A stretch of 64,000 bases of DNA from Octopus sinensis (Eukaryota). The notes beneath the pieces were generated by a model that did no database searches, was not told the DNA's origin, and worked only from the letters and a program-made list of their open reading frames with translations. The stretch lies in assembly GCF_006345805.1 (NCBI RefSeq), contig NC_043001.1, forward strand, positions 11,470,001 to 11,534,000. Reading direction: 5' to 3'. Positions 11,165-24,466 of this stretch are shown piece by piece. Each line of letters begins with the position of its first letter. The stretch's first letter is position 1. A program made the translations under genes and the position numbers.

Positions 11165-12105
11165 CATAATTCTGTCATCTGGTTCTTTTCTTTCGAAACA
11201 TTCAAAGAGAAAAGATGTTTCTTTTGCTCGCTTGCTGCTTTCGTAATCGACGTTCTTTCTGTAAAAATGCTATTGTTATTATCGTTGTTGTTGCCGCTGT
11301 TATTATTGTCACTGTTGTTTTTGCTGTCGTTGTTGTTGGTGGTGGTGGTGGCGCTGATGGTGGTGGCGCTGATGGTGGTGTTGCTGTTCTTAGAGTTTTA
11401 TGGACGCTGAAGATGCTTGTTTTTTTTATTTTTCTTCGCCCGTTTTGCAGTTAGAAATATTATCGTCGCTTATTCCCAGGTCAAATCTGATTAAATCATG
11501 TCAACAACCGTTTTATTCTCTGTAAATGTCGCTGCAAATCTTATTGTTTTCTTTTTGTCTTTCTGTTGGTTTTTCTTTTCTCTTTTTTTTCTCCATATGT
11601 AGCTGTCCCTTTAGTTATAGTTTCTGCAATCACGACTGCAGATTTATATATGTTCGAACAAAATTGACTGGCATTAGTATGAACAAGAATAACAAAATCA
11701 ACGGACGAATTCTTTTGTGTCAATAATCATTACGTCATCGAATTCTGGAGCCGTGTTTCTACAAACAGAGTTAACTGGCCTTATTTCAACAATATCCATA
11801 ACAAGAAGTAAAGCGACAGCTACGTCTAAAAACCGAACAAGATTTACATGTAAAAAAGAACCAAGGAATCGACTTGTGTATTGTAGCTGTCTTGTCTATA
11901 AGATTTCTTGGGTTATCTGCGATTTCAAGTTTATTTCAATCAAACCTGACCTGTATCAGAACAACGGTAACAGCAACAATGTTCCATGAAACGCTTACGT
12001 GATCGTCAATAACTACAACACCAACAATAAAGATAAAAGCAGAGGAACAATAGAAAAAAATTGTCTCTGAATGTTTCGAGAAAAGAACCAGATGACAGAA
12101 TTTTT
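11165..12105. repeat. Degenerate ~940-bp inverted repeat (foldback)
   Basis: Nested inverted matches: 11168-11213 with 12058-12102, ~11478-11498 with ~11935-11953, and 11600-11613 with 11810-11822. Confidence 0.55.
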
Positions 12106-12153
12106 TAAAACGGAAACAAATTTTCTTCTTATTGTGCGTGTGTGTGTTTTTGT

Positions 12154-12324
12154 GCGCATGGAGTGGCTGTGTGGTAAGTAGCTTGCTAACCAACCACATG
12201 GTTCCGTGTTCAGTCCCACTGCGTGGCATCTTGGGCAAATGTCTTCTGCTATAGCTCCAGGCCGACCAATGCCTTGTGAGTGGATTTGGTAGACGGAAAC
12301 TGAAAGAAGCCTGTCGTATATATG

Positions 12325-12357
<33 letters not shown>

Positions 12358-12564
12358 TTGTGTGTTTGTGATTGTCTCCCTAGCATTGCTTGACAACCGA
12401 TGCTGGTGTGTTTACGTCCCCGTCACTTAGCGGTTCGGCAAAAGAGACCGATAGAATAAGTACTGGGCTTACAAAGAATAAGTCTCGGGGTCGATTTGCT
12501 CGACTAAAAGCGGTGCTCCAGCATGGCCGCAGTCAAATGACTGAAACAAGTAAAAGAGTAAGAG
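12154..12564 (+). mobile_element. SINE A
   Basis: Full-length match to family A. Confidence 0.9.
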
Positions 12565-12794
12565 TATATATATGTGTGTGTGTGTGTTTGTGTGTATGCA
12601 CGTGCGTTTTTGTGTGTGTTTGTGTGCGTGTGTGAGTGTATGTGTGTGCGTGTGTATGTGAGTGTTTGCGTGTGTGTGCATACGTGACTACGTGCATGTT
12701 TGTGTGTGTTGCGCGCGTGTGAGTGCGCATGTGTGTGTGAGACAGTGCACATTTAGTCACCAAACTCACGTTTCCTCCATAACATTTCTAATAG

Positions 12795-13026
12795 ATTTCT
12801 TTACTACCCACAAGGGGCTAAACGCAGAGGGGACAAACAAGGACAGACAAACGGATTAAGTCGATTAAATCGACTCCAGTGCGTAACTGGTATTTATTTA
12901 ATCGACCCCGAAAGGATGAAAGGCAAAGTCGACCTCGGCGGAATTTAAACTCTGAACGTAACGGCAAACGAAATATGGCTAAGCATTTCGCCCGGCGTGC
13001 TAACGATTCTGCCAGCTCGCCGCCTT
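12795..13026 (-). mobile_element. SINE C monomer
   Basis: Head + one 184-bp unit. Confidence 0.9.
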
Positions 13027-13184
13027 GTGGATTATATTTCTAACACTCTAATTGCATCAGATATCATAGCAATGTACTTTATTCTACGAAAACTCAATGG
13101 CATTTGCTTATTGTTAATTTTCTAAACTATGTTTTCTTTGTAATTTAATGCTGACGTTATTTATACGTAGAAAAGATTTTATGA

Positions 13185-14435
13185 GTACTTAGATAAACAT
13201 GGCCTTATTTGTTTATGCCCCACTAGATCCATAAAAGGTAGATCTCACCGCTATAGAAGAACCCCCAAAGAGAGATGGAACGGTTGGATCAGAGCTATAA
13301 GGACCCCCGAATATAATGAACAGGTTAAAACAATCGTCACCCATGCGGTGGGTGAGAGTATTAAGACCACACTCAAGTGCCATATATTTGAGTTTAACAA
13401 CAAAACATACGTCCAAGAGGAAGGTGCAGCCATCGGTGTCAATATTGCTGGCGATGTGGCTAACCTATTTATGGTATGATTGGATAAAAGACTTGAAGAG
13501 AAATTAGTAGAGAACTCCATAAACCTAATCATGTACTCACGTTTCGTGGATGATATCAACATAATAGCCAGGACATCTCGAAAACACGATGTTGAAGATC
13601 AAGAAGCTAACATTATGGAGAGCATCCAGCAAATAGCTAACTTCATCCACCAGAGTACAGAAATAGCGATAGACGTCCTTAGTAAGCACCCTAAATAAAC
13701 ATTACCCGCTTTAGACACTGAACTCTGGCTAGAAACGAAGAACGGTAAGTTTCAGATCCTTCATTCTCATTATGCCAAACCCATGGCATCTAAGTACCTT
13801 GTTCACAATACGCAGCGATTGCAGACAATGCCAAGTTCAACATTCTGAAAGCTGACTTGGTTAGAGTGATGAGGAATGTGTCTCGCATCTGCAACCCAAT
13901 GGAATTGGAAAGATATGCACCACACTTCATCCACCGCATGTAGTTCTCTGGCTAGAACCAAAGGGACGGGATTAGACTGTACAAAGGAGTCAGGATTAAG
14001 TACAAATCCACCATAAAGAGTGATGCTAAGGGTATTTGCCCGCTGTACAGGTGTAAATCCTGGAACAGCGCGGAAAGGAGCAGTAATTAGATAAATAAGG
14101 CCAACACTTGGTATGGCAACAAAAAACACCAGTGTCATGTTGGTTGATGCTACCCTTGGCGGCGAACTAGCACATCTCTTCAGAAAGAAACATAAAGTAA
14201 GACTGATCTACGAATTAAAGTAGTGGAGAGGCCTGGTGCCCCTTTAAAATCCCCGATGTGCAATCCCTATCCCTTTCATAAGTTCCCCTGCAGGGAGTAC
14301 AATTGTGTTGTATGTAGGATGCACCCTCGGGTTAATTGTAAGATAAGATATGTAGTGTATAGTTTAAGATGTAGTGAGGGATGGTGCAGAAACATGATAG
14401 CTGCCTACATAGGAGAAATTGAACGCAGCAGTGAA
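13185..14435 (+). pseudogene. Decayed Penelope-like element RT + GIY-YIG endonuclease (probably Naiad-type)
   Basis: HIFEFNNKTYVQEEGAAIGVNIAGDVANLFMV*LD, YSRFVDDINII, LPALDTELWL, HYAKPMASKYLVH, Cys-rich linker CREYNCVVC...C, VVYSLRC...YIGEIERS. Contains stops and frameshifts. Confidence 0.85.
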
Positions 14436-14511
14436 AAAGATTATTCTCCAGCGAAATAAGCACCGTAACGATAGAATTATAAATTATATTATTGTATTGT
14501 ATTTTCATAAT

Positions 14512-14731
14512 ACTCTTTACTCTTTTACTTGTTTCAGTAATTTGACTGTGGCCATGCTGGAGCACTGCCTTTTAGTCGAGCAAATCGATCCCAGGACTTA
14601 TTCTTTCTAAGCCTAGTTCTTATTCTACAGGTCTCTTTTACCGAATCGCTAAGTTACGTGGATATAAACACACCAGCATCGGTTGTTAAGCGATGTTGTG
14701 GGGACAAACGCACACACACACACACACACAC

Positions 14732-14791
<60 letters not shown>

Positions 14792-14963
14792 CACATATAT
14801 ACGACGTGCTTCTTTCAGTTTACGTCTACCAAATTCACTTACAAGGCTTTGATCGGCCTGAGGCTGTAGTAGAAGGCACTTGCCCAAGGTGATACACAGT
14901 GTGAATGAACCCGTAACCCTGTGGTTCGTAAGCAAGCTACTTACTACACAGCCACTCCTGCGC
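14512..14963 (-). mobile_element. SINE A
   Basis: Full-length reverse match. Confidence 0.9.
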
Positions 14964-15300
14964 TTATTTTTTTAATATAAAACTTGTTCACTGATCTCAG
15001 TTCTATTTATGGCCGAGTATACAGGCATTGATGTAGCAGATATTTTAAATTTGATCTTTTCTGTAGACCTAGCTGGAGAGGACCAATCTGTTTTACGATA
15101 ACAAACGTTTTCTGAAAGTTCGAAACGCGAGTACTAGGTCGTCCATTGCTATGGAGAAATAAGACGAAAATCTTTTTTATTCGCCGCCCGTACACATTAC
15201 CTATATTCATTCAGTGAAGCTTTACCTAGGGAGGAACGGTTATCGACTTCTGTTCGCTGATCCGTGCTAACATTTGCGAACCGATAATAAATTGATCTAT

Positions 15301-15684
15301 GGAAGCACTCCGTCGGTTACGACGATGAGGGTTCCGGTTGATCCGATGAACGGAACAGCCTGCTCGTGAAATTAACGTGTAAGTGGTTGAGCACTCCACA
15401 GACACGTGTACCCATAACGTAGTTCTCGGGGATATTCAGCGTGACACAGAGAGCGACAAGGCCGGCCCTTTGAAATACAGGTACAACAGAAACAGGAAGT
15501 AAGAGTGAGAGAAAGTTGTGGTGAAAGAGTACAGCAGGGATCACCACCATCCCTGCCGGAGCCTCGTGGAGCTTTAGGTGTTTTTGTTCAATAAACACTC
15601 ACAACGCCCGGTCTGGGAATAGAGAAACCGCGATCCTACGACCGCGAGTCCGCTGCCCTAACCACTGGGCCATTGCGCCTCCCC
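15301..15684 (-). mobile_element. tRNA-headed SINE, family B, with 12-bp TSD
   Basis: Head ggcgcaatggcccagtggttagggcagcggactc, tail gtcgtaaccgacggagtgcttcc. TSD aaattgatctat at 15289-15300 and 15685-15696. Confidence 0.9.
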
Positions 15685-16529
15685 AAATTGATCTATACTA
15701 CGTGAACAGCCATATTCGTTTCAAATCTCGCTGTTCACCCTATATTGAACAATTTATTAAGTAAATAACTTCGAACATTGTTGACACAGGTGTACATGGA
15801 CTGGATAATAGATCTAGTGTGTTTCAAATATTAGCCCTCTAGCGATGCCAGAAAATTCACAATATTCAATATTTCAAATAGTTTTTTCTCCTTTTCTGTA
15901 ATTTCTATCAAAATTATTTCATGTCAATATGTCTTGCTTCTACAATTATGCTTTTGCGATTTTTTTGTTTTTAGAGGAAAATTATCGCTGAAAAACAAAA
16001 CAAAAAATAATTATTATTAGCATTTCCAGTATTAATCACGTCAAGTTTCGAAAAATAATGGACAATTTGCTTTGCTGTTCAAAATGATCAGCAATTTTTT
16101 TGTAATAATTATTTTTCGTTAAAAGACATTTTCCTGCCATATATTATAACACGATATTACAGATCATTAACAATATTACAATATTGCACAATACATTAGC
16201 GAAGTATAATTTGATATGCCTGTTATAGTTATGTAAGATGGGGAAATTAAAACTACGTTTTAACAGCTATATTGTGATGACTTTTATACATACATTTACA
16301 TACACACGCAGACACACACACAGATTAGTTATTGGATACAGTAGAATCTGAGCACGTAAACACGTAGGACGCCAGAAATGGCTAGGTACATTAACATAGG
16401 GCTCACAGTGAGGTAACACAACAATTAAGGTATGAGGTGCTGGTAGGATATTGTTGCTATGGATGTACTGAACCTTTACATCCGATATAGGGTTGGTTCT
16501 AGTTGCGGCGTAGGTATGTATAAGATGAA

Positions 16530-16941
16530 GGCGGCGAGCTGGCAGAAACGTTAGCACGCCGGGCGAAATGCTTAGCAGTATTTCTTCTGCCGCTACGTTC
16601 TGAGTTCAAATTCCGCCAAGGTCAACTTTGTCTTTCATCCTTTCGGAGTCGATTAAATAAGTACGAGTTACGCACTGGGGTCGATATAATCGACTTAATC
16701 CGCTTGTCTGTCCTTGTTCGTCCTCTCTGTGTTTAGCCTTTTGTGGGTAGTAAAGAAATAGATATTTCGTCTGCCGCTACGTTCTGAGTTCAAATTCCGC
16801 CGAGGTCGACTTTGCCTTTCATCGTTTCGGGCTCGATAAGCTGAGTACCAGTTACGCACTGGGGACGATATAATGACTTAATTTGTGTGTCTGTTCTTGT
16901 TTGTCTCCTCTCTGTTTAGCCCCTTGTGGGTAGTAAAGAAA
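16530..16941 (+). mobile_element. SINE C dimer with 15-bp TSD
   Basis: Head + two 184-bp units. taggtatgtataaga at 16511-16525 and 16942-16956. Confidence 0.9.
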
Positions 16942-17056
16942 TAGGTATGTATAAGAATATAAATGAGATAATGATTTAATCGAAAACAAGCAACAATGAT
17001 GGCTGGATTCGTTACGATCAAGGAATTATCTCCCCTGCTCGATACACGTTTAAAAT

Positions 17057-17137
17057 TTGGCCTGAAGATGGTGGAATCTATGCTACGATGTAATCTATGA
17101 ATAATTCAATAAAATTTAACCGAAACAACTATCGCAA
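17057..17137 (+). ncRNA. Degenerate hammerhead-like motif
   Basis: ggc-CUGAAGA-UGGU...AACC-GAAAC-AACU-AUC-gc; stems weak. Confidence 0.35.
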
Positions 17138-17168
17138 GCTTAAAACACCATTTGTGTACTGATATATA

Positions 17169-18502
<1,334 letters not shown>

Positions 18503-18524
18503 ACAAGTGTAAAAGGTATATATA

Positions 18525-18905
18525 TTCCAAATCCACTCACAAGGCACTGGTCGGCCCAATACTACAGTAGAAGACACTTGCCCAAGGTACCACACAATGG
18601 AACTGAACACGGAACCATGTTGTTGGGAAGCAAGCTTCTTTCCCACACAACCACGCTTACTCCTATGTAACAATTGTGTCGATGTCGGGAGACCAGAAGA
18701 TCAAAGAGGATTTATTTCATTCATTGGACTGCGGCCATGCTGGGGCACTGCCTTGAAGGATTTTATCCGGAAAAATTGCCCCTGTACTTAGTTATCTCAA
18801 GTCTGGCACTCATTCTACCATCTCTTATGCCGAATCACTAAGCTACAAGGCCGTAAACAAACCATCATCGATCTTCAAACGGTGAGCGTGGGACAAACCC
18901 AAAGA
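18525..18905 (-). mobile_element. Two diverged SINE A fragments
   Basis: Head part at 18525-18665 and tail part at 18714-18905. Confidence 0.65.
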
Positions 18906-18957
18906 CACACAAACATACATAGACACACACACATTCATACGTACATGCATACATACA

Positions 18958-18993
<36 letters not shown>

Positions 18994-18995
18994 TA

Positions 18996-19033
<38 letters not shown>

Positions 19034-19124
19034 ACAGTTATTATTATACTATATGTTTTCCATAGTAGTTTCCTCTCCATAATTTACAAAGCCTTTCTGG
19101 TTATGTTTACAAAATTATATATAT

Positions 19125-19478
19125 TACATACTCCTTTACTCGCTTCAACCATGCTGTTGCAGTCATACTGGAGCACCACCGTGGTTCTTTTGATTTCCTC
19201 AGTCTGGGGTGTTTCACATCGCCACTCCTGAATGCGCCTCTGTACCAACTGTTGCCCCATTGCGTGAATAAGTGAGTTTGATTACGTTGCACTCATCTGC
19301 ACCTCATGTAGCGCTGTGGGTTAATCCAATATTGTGGAGAGGAGGATGTCTAGCTCCTTTTTGGAGACTTCTATTTCCACCTTGTGCAGATTTCTTACAT
19401 TTTCTGACAGGGCATTGAAGAGCTGTGGGCCTTTGAACGCTAGATTATTGCATTATCTGGACCTGAAATTTTGACGAA
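19125..19478 (-). mobile_element. 3' end of a second CR1-group LINE subfamily
   Basis: Minus translation CNNLAFKGPQLFNALSENVRNLHKVEI...LDILLS...EVQMSAT*SNSLIH aligns with the LINE C-terminus at ~21600-21800. Tail ggtggtgctccagtatgactgca...agtaaaggag. Confidence 0.75.
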
Positions 19479-19522
19479 GTAGATACGTAATTTCATTTAT
19501 TATATATATATTATATATTATA

Positions 19523-19556
<34 letters not shown>

Positions 19557-19590
19557 TATATAAAGGGCATATTATACATAAATGTCACAC

Positions 19591-19717
19591 GCAAGGAGGG
19601 AATCTTCAAGTCAAAACTACCAAAATAAATAAACATAAATGACTTGCTTCGAGAGTTGCATTCGGTATGACGTATTTATTTATTTTGGTAGTTTTGACTT
19701 TAAGAGTCCCTCCTAGC
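19591..19717. repeat. Inverted repeat (43-bp arms) inside a (TA)n-flanked element (~19555-19855)
   Basis: gcaaggagggaatcttcaagtcaaaactaccaaaataaataaa versus tttatttattttggtagttttgactttaagagtccctcctagc. Confidence 0.75.
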
Positions 19718-19866
19718 GACTCTTAAAGTAATGCCCTCTATGTAATATAAATAAATATATTTCAGTGAAAAAATTGGTGGATTTTTCTCTTATGAGGTTT
19801 TTCACGCTACCTACTTGATAAATTCTTATAAAGATTTTATCTTATTTTTAAATTATATATATATAT

Positions 19867-21918
19867 GAAAAGTCCCGCCTGAAAATAAAACTGTTGGAAA
19901 TTGAAAATTGTCTGCAACTCTCCCATGAGAAGGAAAGAGCAGACAAAGAAGCCTGGGCTATAGACAACATAAAATAACCCCAGAGCTTTCTACAGGTATG
20001 CCAAAGAAACAGCTACGGTGCACTGTAGGATAGGGCCACTCCTTGAAAAGGATGGCACATCACAGGAAAACCAATGAGGGTAAGTGAAATACTGAATGAA
20101 CAATTCAAGAGTGTTTTCACTCCACCCCTTGGGCATTTCCAAATCAGCAATCCAACTGACTTCTTTACCACTGCAGATATAGAATCAGAGGCGGCGACGA
20201 TAAATTACATCGATATAAAGGAAGACGATGTAATAAAGGCTATAGATGAAATGAAAACAGACTCAGCTATGGCCCCGATGGATTCCCGGCAATCCTCCTA
20301 AAAGTATGTAAGAGAGTCCTAGCAAGACCACTGCAGTTCCTCTTTCAGAGCTTCCTTGCAGCTGGCAAACTTCCAAGAAAACTGAAGGAAGGTAAAATAT
20401 GCCCTATTCATAAGGAGGTAGCAGAGCGGAGGCCAAGAACTACAGACCTATCTCTCTGACCTCACACATCAGCAAGGTCATGGAACGAATAGTCAGAAGG
20501 AAACTAATCACCTTCCTTGAAGAAAATGACTTGCTGCCTGACACCCAACATGGTTTCCGACCAGGAAGAAGCTGCTTAACTCAGCTCCTGCAGCACTATG
20601 ACTGGGTGCTGAAACAACTGCTCAACCACTCAAATGTGGAAGTCATATATCTCGACTTCGCAAAGGCCTTCGATAAAGTCGATCATGGAATGATATGTCA
20701 CAAACTGCGTGATCTTGGCATAGTTGGAAAACTAGGAGAATGGCTTCATGACTTTCTGAAGAATAGAAGTCAGGTGGTAGCAGCCAATGGGGCCACTTCC
20801 ATTAGCACGCAAATAGTGAGCGGTGTTCCACAGGGCACTGTTTTGGGACCACTACTGTTCACAATGGCCCTCTCAGACATGCCCTCAGCACGCGGAGAGA
20901 GCCACGATCACAAGTTATGCAGATGATACAAAAGTTTCACAGGCAATACAGAACCCTGAAGACACTAAGCACCTGCAATGTGAGCTGGACGAAATATACA
21001 AGTGGGCTGAAAAGAATAGCATGCAGTTCAATGCTTGGAAAATTTCAAGCTTTATACTATCAGCATGCAAAACTGAATGCAATACCCAATGAATACACTG
21101 GACCCGGAGGGATTGCAATCCCAGAGGCACAATCAGTGCGTGACCTGGGTATTCACATGAGTGATGACGCGACCTTTCATGTACATGTTGCTAAACTGAC
21201 AATGAAATGTAGACGGCTGGCTGGATGGATTCTTAGAACCTTTAGAACAAGAGAACAAGAAACCATGATGGTCCTCTGGAAGACACTTGTCCTAAGCCAC
21301 TTTGACTATTGCTCTCAGCTATGGTCACCATCCAGTGTCAAGTTGATCACAGAACTTGAGGCGATCCAACGAAGCTACACTAAGAAGATAGCCTCTGTGC
21401 AGCATACGAGCTACTGGGAGAGACTCAAGAGATTAAAGCTCTATTCCCTGGAGCGTAGGCGAGAAAGATATGCCATAATATATATCTGGAAGATCCTGGA
21501 AGGTCTTGTCCCAGACTTTGGCATCGAGAGTCACACAAATGCCAGAACCGGACGCCACTGTGTAGTACCAAGGACTCCAAATTTGCCATCAAGATGTAGG
21601 ACAAGATATTGTGATAGCCTGGGCTTCAGAGGCCCACGGCTCTTCAATATCCTCCCGAAGAACCTGAGGGACCTACATGGTGTAGATGCGGATGTCTTTA
21701 AAGTAGGACTGGATCTCTTCCTGTCAGGTGTCCCGGATGAACCAACTTCACGGCAGGAGGTGCAGATGAGGGCAGCTGCATCGAACTCTCTCATGCATCA
21801 GATGGCGTTTGCTAAAAAGCATCCGTGAGGTAAAACCGTGTAGCAAACCAAATGGCGGTGCCCCAACATGGCCACAGCTCATTAGCTGAAACTGGAAAAA
21901 TCAAAATCAAAATCAATC
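19867..21918 (+). mobile_element. 5'-truncated CR1/L2-group LINE; frameshifted ORF2 reverse transcriptase (stop at 21828) and 3' UTR
   Basis: NYRPISLTS, QHGFRPGRSCLTQLL, YLDFAKAFDKVDH, GVPQGTVLGPLLF, YADDTKV, DLGI, LYSLERRRER. Short 3' UTR with two stem-loops and (aaatca)n tail. Confidence 0.92.
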
Positions 21919-22744
21919 ATATATATATATATATACAGCATTAAATAGACCTACACATGTCTATACCGCATCGATTAGTAGCCGTTGCAATTGCAACCCT
22001 GCTATAATATCGCTGCCCTTTTTTTCGGGGCTTCTCTTTGATATCCTTTGAGATAACTGCTTAAAGTTTTTCGTTTACCCCCTCTGCGTAGTGGAGGTGT
22101 TCGTTAATTTAGACACGAAAAATCTTCAATTCACGTTTTGAATGCATAATCACTTATAGTCATTTATTGAAAAACATTTTGTTGATTAAATGTTTATTAC
22201 TCATTTATATTGAGCAAAGGTAAATTTCCTCATATGCAAGCATCTCAGAGCTTGTTTCTGTGTAGAATTTATTATCTTTTCCTTAGATGTAAAAATCTGG
22301 TAAAATTCTTTTATGTACAAGTCACATTTATTAGTTCCCGGTGCGTATGGTTTTGCACTACTAATTAATTCCTAGTCGATAGTATAATCTTTGTTTCTGT
22401 TTTTAATATATCAAATTAATTTACTTAGACTTCTTTGGAATCTTTAATTTTTATCTCTAAATTAACTTAAATGATTAGCTAAACTCATTTTGAAAATTAG
22501 CACAGTTGCACCGATGTAAAGCTATTTCTTTCCAACAGCAGTAATTTTACATCTATATATCACATTTTTAGTTTTACAGTTATTATTCACATAAGAGAAG
22601 TCCTATCTAGAACAACTGCAGAGATAATTTTTTTATATTTCTCTCAGAAATAGCATTAATTTGATCCTTCATCGTAAAATCAAATTCATTTCTACCAAGT
22701 TCTTTGTTACTCTTTACTCTTTCATATTACGTTATATTATTTCT

Positions 22745-23140
22745 ATTTCCAGCTGAATTTTGGAATAAGGAAGCCTTCGCCATTAATAACTGGAAATAAT
22801 TACAACTACCTTCAAGACATCAGCCTACAATATTGATTGTAATTTTGGAACAAGGCCAGCAATATTGGGGGAAGGGACGAATCGATTACATTGTTCCCAA
22901 TACACAACTGGTATTAAATTAACTGACCCCGAAAGAAGAAAAGGCAAAATTAACCTCGCCGGAATATGAACTCATGATCTGCCACCTCACTGCTTCATCA
23001 GCCTACAAATATTGGCTTCAAATTTGGGCACAAGGCCAGCAATTTCGGGAGAGGGTGTAAGTCGAATACATCGACCCCAGTGTTTAATTGGTACTTAATT
23101 TATCGACCTCGAACGGATGAAAAGCAAAGTCGACTCTGTG
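22745..23140 (+). repeat. Local duplication, copy 1 (paralog at 29945-30340)
   Basis: Shared ttccag...ggaa.aaggaagccttcgcc..taataactggaaa segment followed by the same two old SINE C-related fragments. Confidence 0.85.
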
Positions 23141-23565
23141 CAGTCAGAACTCGCCAGAGAACATCGCCTGCAAATATCAATATTTAAATATCCAATGTTG
23201 GGAATGAATTTTAAGTATGATAAATGAAGTTGTTTCCCTTTCGGCGACTTTTAAATTCTTAGCGTTTCTTTTTTTCTGTTTGAGTTTTTTAAAATTCCAT
23301 TTGACATTATTATACTAAAAAATTACTATGCTACTCTGATTAGAAAACCTTTTTTGAAATTTCGATACTACAATGTTTAGACTAAGATAATGCACTTGGA
23401 GAAGTTCATAGTGAGAGAGAAATTCATTAATTATGAAATGAAATGCAAGTAGCTAGAAATAATTGGTGAAATTTTGTAAAAGGCATTTGATGAAAATATC
23501 AATTAATATTAGACTGACAGACACACGCACACGCACACACACACACACACACATGTATACAAATT

Positions 23566-23674
23566 GGCGTAGGTATGGCTGTGTGATAAGAAGCTTGCTT
23601 CCCATGTGCATGGTTCCGGGTTCAGTTTTGAGAGCGGAAACTAAAAGAAGCCGGTCATATATGTATATATATAT

Positions 23675-23707
<33 letters not shown>

Positions 23708-23895
23708 GCATGTATATATATATATATATATATATTACATATATATATGTATGTATATATATATATATATATACATATATGTATGTATATATATATATAT
23801 ATGTATGTATATATATATATATATATACATATATGTATGTATATATATTATGTATATATATATATATACATACATATATATATACATACATATAC

Positions 23896-23964
<69 letters not shown>

Positions 23965-24150
23965 ATATGTTTGTGCGTCTTCATGACTATGTTTGTCCCC
24001 CATCATCACTTGACAACCGATGTTGATGTGTTCGCGTCCCCGTAACTAGCGGTTCGGCGTAAGAATAAGTTCTGGGGGTCGATTTGTTCGACTAAAGGCG
24101 GAGCTCCAGCATAGCCGCAGTCAAATGACTGAAACATATAAAATAGTAAA
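23566..24150 (+). mobile_element. Diverged SINE A with internal deletions
   Basis: Head, (TA)n and tail all recognisable. Confidence 0.75.
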
Positions 24151-24184
24151 ATTATATATATATATATATAAACACAGACATACG

Positions 24185-24223
<39 letters not shown>

Positions 24224-24466
24224 GCTACTGACGTCCACTCAGTTTCTGTTTACCAAATTAATTCATTAGGCATTTGTAGGTCCCACGTAGTGGAACTGAA
24301 CCCATATTTAGTGGGTTGCCAAATGGGTTTCATCTATGATTATGCCAGACGTTTAGCTGAGGTTATTGACATGCTTCTGTATATTATATTCGTTTTATCA
24401 CACTAAATGGATAGTTATTTTAGCTGTTGATCTGCAATTCGAATAAATAATTTACCTGTGTAATCG

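Noticed and set aside
13477-13479. In-frame TGA in the PLE RT as possible selenocysteine
   Set aside because: It falls at a position expected to be Trp (FMVW.D), and the element has other stops and frameshifts, so this is simple decay.
15600-15684. tRNA genes at SINE heads
   Set aside because: A/B boxes continue into SINE bodies with TSDs; no complete cloverleaf or terminator.
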